Below, one piece after another: positions 12,559 to 25,160 of a stretch of 64,000 nt of DNA. The DNA comes from Phoronis australis (taxonomy: Eukaryota; Animalia; Phoronida), in NCBI GenBank assembly GCA_002633005.1, contig NMRA01000315.1, positions 102,452-166,451 on the forward strand, read 5' to 3'. The notes below the pieces were generated by a model. The model made no database searches. It was not told where the DNA came from and saw only the letters and a list, made by a program, of their open reading frames with translations. A program made the translations under genes and the position numbers. Within the stretch, counting starts at the first letter, position 1. Each line of letters opens with the position of its first letter.

Positions 12559-12841
12559 AATATTCGATCACATGAGCCAGCATGCAAACTACAAAGCATT
12601 TTCATGTGTTTCATGTGGCAAGAAGTCTTTCAATAGGTACAAGAAATCACAACATGAAGCATTGTGCTCAGAAGACAAGACAATTCAGTGTCGTACCTGC
12701 AATCAATGTTTCACAGAGAAACCGCTCCTGAAGCGACACTTTGCGTCACAACATGAGGTCACTGCTTTCTGTTGTGAATGCGGCAAGTCGTACAACCATA
12801 ATGCCTCCCTCTGCAGGCATAAAAAGCAGAAACTTCATTAA
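12559..12841 (+). CDS. Terminal exon of a C2H2 zinc-finger protein (three fingers plus the tail of a fourth)
   Basis: Acceptor tatttttag|, then IFDHMSQH, CVSCGK..H(EAL)C, CRTC..HFASQH, CECGK..HKKQKLH* (ORF 12572-12841). Upstream exons were not found. Confidence 0.7.
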
Positions 12842-14206
12842 GTCCAGTAGTGAAATTTGTTAAGTTCTTATGCAGATTAAGAGTTTATGGTTGGCAGTTG
12901 CCCGATGTGATAGTTTGAACCTTTTGTTCTAAAGATTCTATATTAATTTTTGTGTTATTTTAATTATCTTTAGCAGAACCAGTGCATTTTGTGTTTAGGT
13001 AGATTTAAATGGCCATACTAAGTGCCATTAGCCATTGTTATTACCATAAGATTTTTAAAAGAAAATATGTGTCTATAATAAGTGCAATGCATTCCGAAAT
13101 ACCTCGTGGGAAATGTTCAATGACTTTGTAATGTTGATTTCCCAGATTTAAATTTTATATATTTTTATGACCAATTTTGAGATATGCGTTATTAAAAGAT
13201 TACTGTTATTATGGAATTTGCTCTCATATTGTTGATTTCCAGTGTATTTACTATAGTGTGTCTTGAAATGACTTAAAGACAACACTGCGACTACGTTTTG
13301 AGAAAATCACAAAATAGTATGTGTATTACAACTCATCTCACTCTTTTTCAATGTCATATGAACTGAAATAGCACAGTGAACTCAGGGCCAAGAACACAAA
13401 ACACATACAAGCCACAAGGATGTAGCAAGTCAGTCTGTTCATCTCTCTATAGATGTTATCAGTAAACCATCAAACAAAATCCACACTCCTTTCTCACCAT
13501 GGGCGGACTCGCTTGGCAACGACACTTTCCCTCCTTTTCGAAGATGCTTCCTCCGATCCCTTTGCTCTGAATTAAAGTAATAGTCCCTGGAAAAATGAAT
13601 CTTATATTTTGTATCGCATGTCTTCTACTGTAGAGAATGAAAGTGTTAGGACCTGATGAGGTCTCAAAATTTAATGAATAATCAATCCTCCGTTGAAGCT
13701 TTCGACGCTAGCCAGTAAGCAGCATTACACATGCCACTGTTTTCAAAGTAGTGGAAATACCGTAATATCACGCATAAGCGCTTGGACGTTTATTTATTGG
13801 AGAGTATTTTTGACCCGACGCTCAAGAAGACCGTGCTTATTTGACAATGCCACGATTTGAATATTTTTTAAGGCAATGGCAGTGCCTTTATCAGCATAAA
13901 TACGCGACATTATGACAATGAATAGATGAAGACAGGCTATATGGGTAGCCTGTCTGACACTTGATTATATCTTCTGAAATGCTATTCCAGATACAGGTAA
14001 CAGTACTTGCGCGTAGATAAATATAATTCTTGGGAAACGTAACCCATTACAACGATAAGGCATCGTAATTAAAGAACTACTATATTTTATCAAAGGTGTA
14101 CTCCGTAGAGCAAATCCATCATCTTACAACTATATAACTTTTCACAAATAAGACATTTGCGGTGACATTAGTGACGAAGGCCCCTTAGGTGAAAAATCGT
14201 CAAAAG

Positions 14207-15113
14207 CATAGTCGGATTTAGGGGGGGNTAAATTAGCAAGAGCGTAGGGAAATGTTGAGTTTATTAATTAACCCAGGTAATTAAAATTATACGGATGAAA
14301 CGAGATTTAAATGATGGCAGTTTTAGTGTTTGGTGTCAAATTCGGAACACGGCACAATCGTAACGGAACTATGGCTAAGTATAGGCTCTCCCGCGATATC
14401 CCAGGCGACCGGCAGTGGCGCTGCGCACTACGACTCCGTTTCCGTCGTCTGCTCCACTGTGCAATGAGAAAAATATACTTCATTTTTAAAGAAAATGGTA
14501 ACTTAGTGACGATGAAAAAACAGTAAAAGCTGGTGGTAAGACGTGACTTTTAATAGAAACCTTAGGGAATCACTCACAAACTCATAATTCTCTCTTTGTC
14601 ATACCGTAACTTAAAATGATTTCTAAAGCAATCCCGTCATTATTGCCAACACGAAAAACGGATTTGGTCTTTTGGGCATTTGAAGACTATTTTAAATACA
14701 ACAAATTTAATAGGAACCGAGTGCAAAAATATAAAACGTGTAATAAGCATTACAAAAAGAAGAAGGTTTGGCGCGCAAACGCTGTGGACCATAAACAAGT
14801 AGGTCTCTTAGTATCAGCTTAGGAGTTAAATCGTGTTGGTGTTGAGGTAAAGCTGAGTAAAGTTGAGTCTGTGGTATTTACAGCTTTTCCTGTTTGACAC
14901 GTTCTCCTTTTTTGCCTTTTTTCTTGGATAATACTTCAGGAATCAAGGAAAATGCTTGATTTTCAGAGGAAAAAACAGAAAAATTTCCTGGGCAAACTCC
15001 CCTCCCGACCTCCCCCCATTCGGTGCTATGCGCATCTGTAATCGTGGTTTGCGCAAATGCTTACAGAAAAAAAAAATTGCCCCCCCCCTTGTGATATCCT
15101 AGATCCGCCACTG
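14207..15113. mobile_element. Non-autonomous DNA element (hAT-type CAGTGGCGGATC termini), degenerate
   Basis: The left end CATAGTCGGATTTAGG matches the reverse complement of the right end (CAGTGGCGGATCTAGG) at 12/16 positions. G/C runs lie just inside both ends; no exact TSD. Confidence 0.4.
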
Positions 15114-15299
15114 CAAAGGAATCAGTTGTTGCTACAATTGTTAGAAAATACCGGAGGATATGTTGGTCTGCATTTGCTTATCACATTTACTGTCAATGTG
15201 TCTTGAAAAAAATCGTTATATTTTGTTTGGGAAACTTGGAACTAGTGAACAGAGTAGTTTTAAAAGAGACACTATCGTCGAGAAAAATCTTTTCTTCTG

Positions 15300-15370
15300 A
15301 GACCAGCCCCAGTGCGGAATCAAGCCTGAAGCTTGCGTCGGAGCCAAACGCTCTGCTGGATGAGCTAAAT
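15300..15370 (-). repeat. tRNA-derived SINE head, degenerate
   Basis: Minus strand reads tttagctcatccagcagagcg...ggcttgattccg (A-box- and B-box-like). Confidence 0.3.
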
Positions 15371-17147
15371 ACTATTTAGTTGACTGTAGAGTATTTTAAG
15401 CATATTTAAAATAAAACGACCTTATAAGAAAATGTTCACATTTTATAAGTTGAAAAATTGTAACATCGTTTTTAAGATTTCGTCTCCAACGTTTCTATCG
15501 AACGAAATTTGGCAAATGTTATTGATACTGTTATTTTGGCATGGATGTGCCTTTTTGCTTATTACTACTGAGGAAGACATAGTCGTGTGACTCAGTTATT
15601 GGGACATTGGTATAAGGTTAAACATCAGGCTTTCCTCTTTCAGGAATTACATACTTTCATTGAGATAAAATTTATAGTTTGGCAGATATTTGTCTAAATA
15701 CACAGACTAGTCAAAAACGTCGTGCATAACCTTATCTGGCAAAGTTACCGCCCTTGGTCTCAGCAAATATCTGTCAGACAACCGCGGGAATTGACGACCT
15801 GTAATAATATAAAAATACAACGGATTTTTGTTGTTTTTATACCTCTAACCATCTAACATTTCTACAACCTTATTCAACAATGATCAAAAATGCGATAACG
15901 CTCCTTTAAGTATTTAGCTTTAAGCATTGTAACGAAGAGTTTATCTCAACATTTGATATTTGTGCACGCAAAAATTAATACATAACTCTTCGACTTCTGA
16001 ACGACGTTCTGTCTTGCCTGAGTATTCTATATACATAGTATCGATAATTCAAACCTCCTGCTTCTTTGTAAAACTTATGCGATTTCAAAGAATATTGTCT
16101 TCTTAATAAAATATTGTCATATTCCAGAACTTAAAAAATAACGTTTTCCACTGACACGTCTTACTGAAAATTGCTCCTAAAACCCAGGAACAGATACCTG
16201 AGGAAGGGGTTCATTGGGTGGTCAAGGAAAAAGGAAACAGCGTTATGTGCCTTCATCATTCTTTTGTAAATCAAGTCTTAGAACCTTCGTATAGAAGCTC
16301 CAGTTCCTGCAAAAACATTGGGTAAAGGTGAGATTTGATCTTACATGTACTTGACTATCGGCGACTCAAATGAAGCCGAACAGAATCACAGGTAGCACTT
16401 CAACAGTTGTTCTGAACAACATACAGTGATTTTTCAAGTTAATGCGTTTTTCCTTTTTTTCACTTTCACAAAAACCTGCACGTGACCTTCTGGTACCACC
16501 TTTAAGATGTGTTTGCGTGCTCCTAACTGCTAATGCATAGCAGAAACTAAACGACAACGCCATTTTAACGTAATCTAAGCTAAATAAAGTGCATTATATT
16601 CATTGACAACTTGTAACTGTGAAAACAGAACATTGTGCAAATAGGTGACTTTTCACTAATGGCGTACCTCTCATGCTCACCTAGCCCGCATCACTTGCAA
16701 GTGTCCTTCAACTGCGCCACGCCACGCTACTTATTGTAAACGGTTGAGTGATTCACAGTGGATCATTTTCACCACAAAACTCGTTTCTAAAAACATTTGA
16801 CCACTTTCAACCAAATTCACATGTTTGCTGTATGCTGTGTTTCTAACTTATTTGGGCCAAGAAATCACAGAGATAAGGAATTTGCCTGCAAGTAACACTT
16901 TAAGTAGCACACTTATCACCAGGTTTTGCATGGGGGTGTACACACCTCTGGAGTTATCACTTTTCCTCCACTCATCGTCTCTAAAATCTATTGTTCTATT
17001 TACATCAACCTCTAGTCTATTTACCCTGACACGACCTTCCGATCCTTGAATTTTCCGGCCATCCGCTTCAGGTGTTGTAAGAAAGCTGTTAAAACAGCTT
17101 CCTTACTAAAGCGTGGTGGTCAAGGATGACCATTTTTTATATTTCTA

Positions 17148-17273
17148 GGCACAAGCCGGGATTGAACCAGATAATTTTAGGCTGTCAGTACAACACCCTA
17201 ATCACTATACAACCGAATTATGGATGATTTGATTGAGAATCTGTTGGTCCCTGGTTCAACACCAGCTTGGGCC
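17148..17273. repeat. Two back-to-back tRNA-derived SINE heads (minus 17216-17148; plus ~17225-17273)
   Basis: Minus: tagtgattag..ggttcaatcccggcttgtgcc. Plus: ggttcaacaccagcttgggcc. Both have a B box and the same 3' end; no intact cloverleaf. Confidence 0.45.
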
Positions 17274-20200
17274 AAAAAGTAAATGAAGATGCTCATAACT
17301 GTCCACCGTGATTGTACCACACAAGGTGTACTCGATTTTCTAACATCGCAGTATCACCCAATGGTGACTGGAGAAATGCCCGACCGAAACGTCATGCGAG
17401 TGTATAGTGAACAGACTAGTAGGCTTTAGGAAAGATGTTATCACATCACCACCACAAAGCGGTTTTATGTAGAAATTTCTTCCCGGCACTCTGTCGAAAC
17501 TCGGAACAAAACGAAATGTTGTGAGAAATCTCACCTCAAAAGCACCGCCACAAAAAACTCTATTCTGCCTCTTATGTTTACTCCTATCAGTTCCACATTG
17601 TACGGAAGCGAGGCTCCGCAAAAGGGAAGCAAAAAGCAAAATTAATAATTTTCAGCCCCAAACCATCAATTTTCTACCAATGCTCAACACGAGCCAACAC
17701 TTGGGTTCTGTGTTATGAAACTAATTAGTCTTAACTAAGACCTCTAAATAACCATGTTGCCATTCCGTCACTCGTCACGTTGCACTTGTTGATCAATGCT
17801 GTTGAGGTCATGTCAACAAGCATATTCGAGACTTAAACATCAAAAAAGGAGCCTAGGTTTCGAAAGCAGCTTCTTATTACGGATTCAAAAAGTGCGGTCC
17901 AAAAATACTGTCATCCAAAAATAGGTCTTGCAATTCCTAGTGGTTTAAGGGATTCCCTGAGCAGCAATGCAACACCGTGGCTGCAGGAGGTTGGGGGCTG
18001 CCATGCAAGGAAGAGCGAGCCTGCAGTCGATCTAGTGGACTTTCCTCATTCAGAATGTGTTCACACCTACATGCAAACAATGTCCTTCAAAACAACCGCC
18101 AAGCCGTGGTTTGCACTTAGAAATTATTCAAAGCGGGTGAAAATTGCCTTGGCTAAAGTACATGTATAACTGCACAATGTACCCTTATTCGCAAGACCAC
18201 TTTGCTGTCATGTAATTTTAGAGTCCATGCATCAAAAAACACCGTATCCCATTGTAATGGGATAATATGTGACATTATGCATGGACTATTAGAATAGTTC
18301 TTTCCCAAAAATGCAAAGGTTAGCAATTATGAGTACGTGTAGAAGTTTATCTCATTGTCTGAGCGGAAATGTCATGTAGACAAGCAAGCTTTGTATATTT
18401 ATGACGACAACAGAAATTATTCGAAACCCTTGGAGACTCACAGAGAGAATCAGTTTGATGAATTAATATAATAATGGAAGTATTATGAACCTCTAAAACA
18501 AATTAAACTTGCACTTAATATCAATCAATATGTAATATGTCATATCTGTATGCTGGAAGCGGAATGCAAACCCAGCAGGCTGTCTGAGCGAGCTCGGCAT
18601 TTCTGGAGAAACTTAGATTATCTTGCTCGGGAATTCAGCTATCCATGTAACTCTCAAATGATTATTCTACAGAAGTTACCCCCTCCCCTACGTGCTTCGG
18701 TTCTTCGTCTCTTTTTCTAACCTTACATTCAGAGCTTTTCTACTACCGGAGGTGAATGTAAATTAATCGACAGGAAAGCTGCTCAAGATAAAGGGCGGAG
18801 GAATGTCATATGTCTTGTTCAGATTAAATCTTGCGTGAATGACTTCCGACTATTGTTATCACTTTGATAATCAAATAGAGAAGCCTAATTGACCTCTGCA
18901 ATGTGCGTAAGCAAAATTATTGCGTCTACGTGACCTCTCGCCAGTAGCTGAAGTAAGGCCGGGCTATTTCATCGTCCACTAACTTTAACAAGAATAGACG
19001 TGTCCATCTAAGTGTAGTATGACACGAACTGTGAAACCTGGTGCTTTTGGATTTGTAAATCATCACTATTTCTCGCCATGCTTTCGCTGGAAAGTAGGGT
19101 GTTTTATCTATTGCATGCAACTATTTCCCACAACACTTTACAAATATCATGTCTACATCTCTTATCAGTAAAACATTCCCTTTTTGATTAAAAAGCAAAA
19201 TATTGCGTAAACCTCCCTTCCACAACGACAAGGCTACAGCCCCTTTAATATGCCCGGAGTCAAACGCCTGTGTTTTCTGGGTAAAGGACTCCTGTTTGAG
19301 CGCACGGGATTCTTGTCCAGGGATCGACTTCCATCTTTTCGGTACGGAACACCTTTTAAAGTTGAGTTTCTCCTGTGCAAGAGTTATGAAACCTGTTTTG
19401 TTCAGGCTTCATAGTCTAAGCTGGGGAAACGATGAGCCCCGTAATTATTTCGTATTTATATTCTCCAAGAAACACAAGAGACTTCCCAATCTTGTTACTA
19501 TGTCGCATTCCGAAGGGACAGATAAGCCCAATTCCGACTACATACATGTGCAGATCGTTAGTAATTTCAATTGATGTACTGTCGAAGGACGATGTACGTG
19601 ACACTTTTGTGAATACACACTACACTACGCTACACGCTTTATCAATTTCCGTCTAGATATCTACGTGGCATTTTGAGCTTTGTAGACAAATTTCAGAACG
19701 TCATATCACACGTTCCTTGATATTTGCACATTGGTGAACTTTTTAAAAGGACACTTTGGAATCTGGAGTGACACGAAAACCTTAGCAAAGAATTTTGACT
19801 TGTAGACCGCTCCAGGCTTTTTATTCTCGACTGTCACCATGTCGCGGGAGAGGCTACTTCATTTTTCTTGTGTGGCTAGATATACCAAGAAAATCACCAC
19901 ATTGTAAATTGCTCTTTTTTGTAAAAATATAGTTTTATGTTCTCTTTCTAAACATAATTTTAAAATTATTTAGCAAAAGATGGCTCCCTATTTTGCCTCC
20001 TAAGCCAATCACAAGATCAGAAATTGAGAAGTCCGTAAGCCTATGTCACGTTTTCTGTACTACAGCAAAGAATGCGTTTTTGGTCCAACACTTAGACTTC
20101 TACAGCAGCATAGTTACACATGTTATAAGCCAGTTGGGCAATGGAGCGGTTTTCTCTGCAAACGTTTGTGACACCTGTTCTTTTCTATCTACTGATCCAC

Positions 20201-21132
20201 AGAGTTCAGGATGCTTCTCTAAGCTTCTTCAAGTTCTGGTTATCAAAGTTTAGTACTGTTTGATAACCAATGAATTATACAGGCATCAAACTCCATGGGA
20301 GCTCAGTGCCATACTGAAGTTACTAAGCACAACAATACAATCTGGCTCTGTGATTGGTCAATTTAATAGAAACACGCCATCAAGTGGCAGGAATGTGCAC
20401 AATATTTATTGCAACAAAACACCTTTTTTCAAAAAATGTGCAAATGTAGACGTGGGAACTTTTTGGAATTTGATTTATGGGTGTATTATATAGCCACATA
20501 GAAAGAACTACATGTAGGTTGCCCCCTAAAGTACTCACAAGAATGAATGCTATGAGATCTGGCCCACCACTTATCATGTGGCTAATTCAGCACGTACAGC
20601 TAGATTGGACTGCCCCCGTTTAGAGATACTATCTATCTGGCTGACTAATTACACCTATGTTCAGCGATTTGAGTAAAATATTGATTTAACTTCACGCCAT
20701 TGTTTTTAAAATTTAACTTCGTGCTCGTTAGTTACTATGCTCTGAAGTCAGTATGGTTGCAGGAGTTACAGATACATGTACATGCCAGTGTCTACTTGAA
20801 CAAATGAGATTAGGTTTAACTTGATCGTCGTGTTAGTATGAGAATTTCGGGTGCTTGACGCCTGCACAACAAAATCAAAATGAAAGCAAGTTTTACTTAC
20901 TTCAACAACAGATGCCTGAATGTCGTTACACGTGTGTATTCAAGTCTGGTTTTATTATACCACCATGCACACTGTACGTACTTATCTATTTTATGTACAT
21001 AAACCCTGTACAGTTTGAAACAAGTAATCAGGAGTTTTCTCCATATTTTTTTCAATTCAAAATACTTTAATTTTAAAAATCATTTCAGGTGAAATTCGGA
21101 CGAACGGTACATTTAAGTTTCTTGCAAATAAG

Positions 21133-22695
21133 ATGGATGAAGGACATCTGAAGCTGGACATAGACGTGGACTTCAAATTCATCGCTGTTTCCCTAATTTT
21201 GGGATTACTTGTTGTATTTGTGGTGTGTGGGAACTGCTTAGTGATCGCCGCAGTGCTTTTGTCGCCAAAGTTGCGTTCAGTTACCAATTTCTTCATAGTT
21301 TCCTTAGCAACGTCCGACTTGTTGTTGGGCTTACTGGTACTGCCATCAAGTGGGCTTATTGAAATACTACCGTACTGGGTGCTCGGCGACGTTTGGTGCA
21401 GCATGTGGCTTGCAGTCGACGTCTGGATGTGCACGTCACAGATCTTGAACTTGTGTGCGATAAGTTTCGACAGATGGATAGCTATCCAGTATCCAATGAA
21501 ATATGCTACACTGATGTCTCCGAGGCGCGGCAAAATACTAATCGCGTGTTGTTGGATTATATCTTTCATCATCTGCTTTCCACCATTAATCGGCTGGAAT
21601 GAAAGGGAACAAAGCGAAGTTGACTTTTATCATTATTATCCCACGTTACCTGACGGTTTTGAAATTAATTTTGATTATTCAATTTTATCTCTTGTAAAAA
21701 CTGCATTGAAAAGTTCTGTACAAATCAACAATGGCAGCCTACTAACGGAACTTGCCAAACGAAACACTTCACTACCAAAATGCAAATTGACGTCAGCGCC
21801 TGGATATATTGTGTATTCTGCTCTCGGGTCATTTTTCTTGCCTTGTTGTGTAATGTTAATTTTCTATTTCAAGATATATTGTGCAGCCAAGAAATTTACC
21901 GAAAGTTTGCGTACTGGAGTACTGCAGAGCAAAGGATTCCCTCACGCAACAAAAACTAATGGCGAAGATAACGACGTCATTATGCGCGTGCACCGCGGAG
22001 GTGGAGCATTAAAAGCTTCACAATCTAAACATTCACTGAGACGAGAAAGTGCGCAAGAGAGACCTTTGTCTTTGTTGTTCCTACACAGACAGGTGGACAG
22101 GTGTTACAAGATAAAAACAGTGTCAGCGTCCGGTTCGTCTTCAACCGGAAGTCCATCGTGTAGTCCAAAATTATTACAATACAACAAGGACTTCTCAGTG
22201 TTAGACAGGAGAGCAAAAATCATGAATCAACGGCTTCACGAGGAGGAATTTGGGCTTGGTTCAAGAGAAATTAGCTGTCCTGCATTAGAAACCAGTGGAT
22301 CAGACAGAAATATTACAAATTCAAAGCGAATAACGTCACCCAAACAGATGATCTGTTCTCCCATTTCCAAGCAAGGAATTCACCATGACAAACCACTTGA
22401 ACGGAATCATAAGCGTGAGACAAAAGCAGCCAAAACCGTTGCTATTATTATCGGCGCCTTCATCTTCTGTTGGGCACCATTTTTTACCTATTATCTAATC
22501 ACTGGATTATGTAAGGAATGCGCAGGACCAGACGAAGTGTTTAAGGTGATATTTTGGTTGGGTTATTGCAACTCAGCTGTTAACCCTTGCATTTATGCAC
22601 TATTTGCCAGAGATTTCAGGCATGCATTTAAAAAACTGATTCGTTGCAAGCTCCGGAGTGATGGATGTTGTCAAAACGTCAGACTGGCTTCTTAG
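21133..22695 (+). CDS. Alpha-adrenergic-like octopamine receptor (OAMB/Oct-alpha1-type class A GPCR), single large coding exon
   Basis: 520-aa 7TM ORF: GNCLV, SVTNFFIVSLATSDLL, WCSMWLAVDVWMCT (TM3 Asp), WIISFIICFPPLIGW, a long ECL2, GYIVYSALGSF, a long ICL3 ending RETKAAKT, FIFCWAPFF and FWLGYCNSAVNPCIYA. The frame is open back to an acceptor at 21087-21088. Confidence 0.92.
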   Translation: MDEGHLKLDIDVDFKFIAVSLILGLLVVFVVCGNCLVIAAVLLSPKLRSVTNFFIVSLATSDLLLGLLVLPSSGLIEILPYWVLGDVWCSMWLAVDVWMCTSQILNLCAISFDRWIAIQYPMKYATLMSPRRGKILIACCWIISFIICFPPLIGWNEREQSEVDFYHYYPTLPDGFEINFDYSILSLVKTALKSSVQINNGSLLTELAKRNTSLPKCKLTSAPGYIVYSALGSFFLPCCVMLIFYFKIYCAAKKFTESLRTGVLQSKGFPHATKTNGEDNDVIMRVHRGGGALKASQSKHSLRRESAQERPLSLLFLHRQVDRCYKIKTVSASGSSSTGSPSCSPKLLQYNKDFSVLDRRAKIMNQRLHEEEFGLGSREISCPALETSGSDRNITNSKRITSPKQMICSPISKQGIHHDKPLERNHKRETKAAKTVAIIIGAFIFCWAPFFTYYLITGLCKECAGPDEVFKVIFWLGYCNSAVNPCIYALFARDFRHAFKKLIRCKLRSDGCCQNVRLAS

Positions 22696-23822
22696 GTACG
22701 TTGCAAGTTTACGAATGAAAACTGACTCTGATCAGGAAAGCAATTCTAATTTAGGGTACGGTGAGAAAATGTGAAACAATGAACGTTTGTTTTTGACCTT
22801 TTGTATTTAACGCAAGACTGCCAAATTGTCTAACAAAAATATTGCTGAATATCGCTAAATACAAAAAAATTGAATTAATTATGTTAACCGTGTAGTGCTG
22901 TATATGTGTGCGTGTGCGTGTGTAAGTATGGGTGTATGTGTCGTTATATGCGTGTGTGGCTATTTTTGTATGACGTGGTCACGGAACTGGTCAATTTTAA
23001 TCCTTCTCAACGCTCAGAGAGCATGCAATGGTGGACCCAACCGTTCCGGTTCACACCGGTAAATCAGAACGCATAACCTTGTAAATATTCGAAGTGCTGT
23101 ATTGGCTTCATAGCAATTTGAATTGGAAAAAGTCCAAGACCACCACATTTTTTGAAAATCTGATGCTACTGTGCATTTCTATTTCTATTCCTATTTATAA
23201 GTCCAAGTCACGTCATATTAGTAGAACATGGACCGCCAACTCCGTATATTTTCAATGGACGAAATCTGTGATCTTACGCATTAAGCCTTGACGTCACTAT
23301 TTACTAGCGACACGTGGCAAAATTAGCCAGTTTTACCTCCGGCAAGTACTTCGTCTGCTAATCATGGTCGGCTGTTGTGTGGTTGGGTGTCAAAGGTACT
23401 CACGATACCGAAAGCTCTATTATTGGAAGACAGCGTTTCAATGCCAAATTTTTTTTCGTTGTACTGTACAGTAAAATAGATGCGATAATTTCCCCTCACA
23501 ATACACTAATCGGAAACTGAAATTGGCAATTTAGTAGAGTGGCCAACGCTCCAGGATAGTACGCAAGAAAATGTCGGAGTTGCAAATCTGTTGTCTATAA
23601 TCTAAACATCCGAATAGACCGCATTTTTAAACCCGTGCGTAAATATATCCCAAGAGCAAGTACACATCCGGGTGTAATTATTTGTTTGCATGACGTTCGT
23701 GTGGGGGAAAGAAAAGAGATATTTACATGTACGCTAAGTGGCTCTATATTTCAAATTAAAGAATAGACTCAGCCAAACTGTGATGGGAAAGACACTATTC
23801 TTCTAGTACAATTGCCTTGGAA

Positions 23823-23855
23823 GTGGGTTCCTCCGGAGCCTGGGTATCCTCCACA
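23823..23855 (+). repeat. SINE central-domain fragment (V/Meta-type core)
   Basis: gtgggttcctccggagcctgggtatcctccaca resembles the conserved GGGTTT(C)TCCGGG..CTCCGGTTTCCTCC.AC SINE core. Confidence 0.35.
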
Positions 23856-23989
23856 TGATTACTTTTGACACTCGTAAACATCGAGTTGAAAAGACAACTA
23901 ATAAAAAATATTTCGAACACAACAAATGGTTCGGCTGAAAATTGAATTACTTGTCAAATAGAACATGTCCACTCGCTTTGTCAATAATT

Positions 23990-25160
23990 GCTCAAACGTG
24001 TTTCAAAAGGAATACAGTCCACCTGTCAGAAAGCTGTTTAAACCAGGATATAAGACAGAAATAAATTGGTACAAGACTCTAGGTAATCTTTCCACAGGAT
24101 AATCATATGAATAATAAAAAAGTTGCTATTTCCCAATTTATTTAATCCGTAGTACACAGGAGCGGATCCAGGATTTTGAGTTAGTGGGAGGGCGCAGGGC
24201 AAAAGAACAACCAGAATTTCGGCGCGCCCCCAGCCTAAAATGTAGGAAGGCAGGGGTCTCGAATTTTTGGGTTTGCGGACCTTGCGCCTAAAAAAACGTA
24301 AACGGGGTTTGTTCAGAGCCTATGCATTGCTTATTCACCCCCCGAGCCCCCCTGGTTGCGCGCGTGTGCTAGTCAGCAATTCGCACCCGAACTGCCATAT
24401 GGTATCTAGTAGAATTTTTGGGGGGCATTGTCCCCTTGCCCCCCCCCCCTTATTCCGCCACTGGTACGTATCAGTGGAAGTTACACATGGTTCAGGATGC
24501 CCAGTATACAATTCACAAAATGAAACAAAAAACTGTGCAGTTCCGCTTACTGCATAGAATTCTACCTACTAACTACTTTTTAGATAAGATTAGATACGTG
24601 GACTCAAATGCTTGTACTTTTTGTAAATGCTTTGCCGAAACTCTAGAACATTTATTCTTTGAATGTGAATATGTTAATTCTTACTGGTACGGGGTACGTC
24701 TCTGGTTAACGACTGCAATGCAAGTAAATTTTGAAACAGACAAAACCACCACAATATTTGGTCTTCAAAATGAAAAGAATAGAATTTTGAATTGGTTTTC
24801 CTTTACAAACTAACATTTTCATTTTTAAAATGAAATTTGCTAACGTCAAACCTAATTTAGGATGTCTTAAAATGTTTGAATGAGTGTTTTAATGTAGAAG
24901 TTAGTGCTTCGTTAAACACACGGAAATGTAATGATGCAAAAAATGGGAAGATTGGAAATGTGTTCTTGAAACATGAGGGGACCCAGAGAGTTGACCAAAT
25001 GCCAGAACAGAAATTTAAGTAGTACTTTTTAACTTCGAAGTAACAATAAAATGCTTTCTCGTTATTTTTGCACAGTTCTGTACGTTGCTGTGTTGTGTTG
25101 TGCTGTGTATATTTGTATATGTATCTGTCATTTGTAATAAATGTATTAATTGGAAAAAAC
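23990..25160 (+). mobile_element. L1/Tx1-type LINE 3' fragment (ORF2 C-terminal zf-RVT) interrupted by a MITE
   Basis: ORF 24418-24813 contains QFRLLHRILPTNYFL..CTFCKCFAETLEHLFFECEYVNSYW. An aataaa and a short A-run follow at ~25136-25159. The 5' limit is approximate. Confidence 0.75.
24157..24463. mobile_element. MITE with hAT-type termini
   Basis: Starts CAGGAGCGGATCCAGG and ends ccccccttattCCGCCACTG (imperfect TIR). It is a GC-rich island inside an AT-rich LINE fragment; TSD is imperfect. Confidence 0.6.

Noticed and set aside
15264-15905. Another possible TTAA-flanked Kolobok MITE (plus isolated TTAA-AGG-like ends near 16500, 27213, 53675)
   Set aside because: The terminal match is too degenerate and partners for the others were not found
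17148-17273. Possible tRNA genes
   Set aside because: Only A/B-box remnants; acceptor and anticodon stems do not pair, so these are treated as SINE heads
21057-21572. 171-aa minus-strand ORF
   Set aside because: Antisense shadow of the octopamine receptor TM1-4 coding region; no independent features
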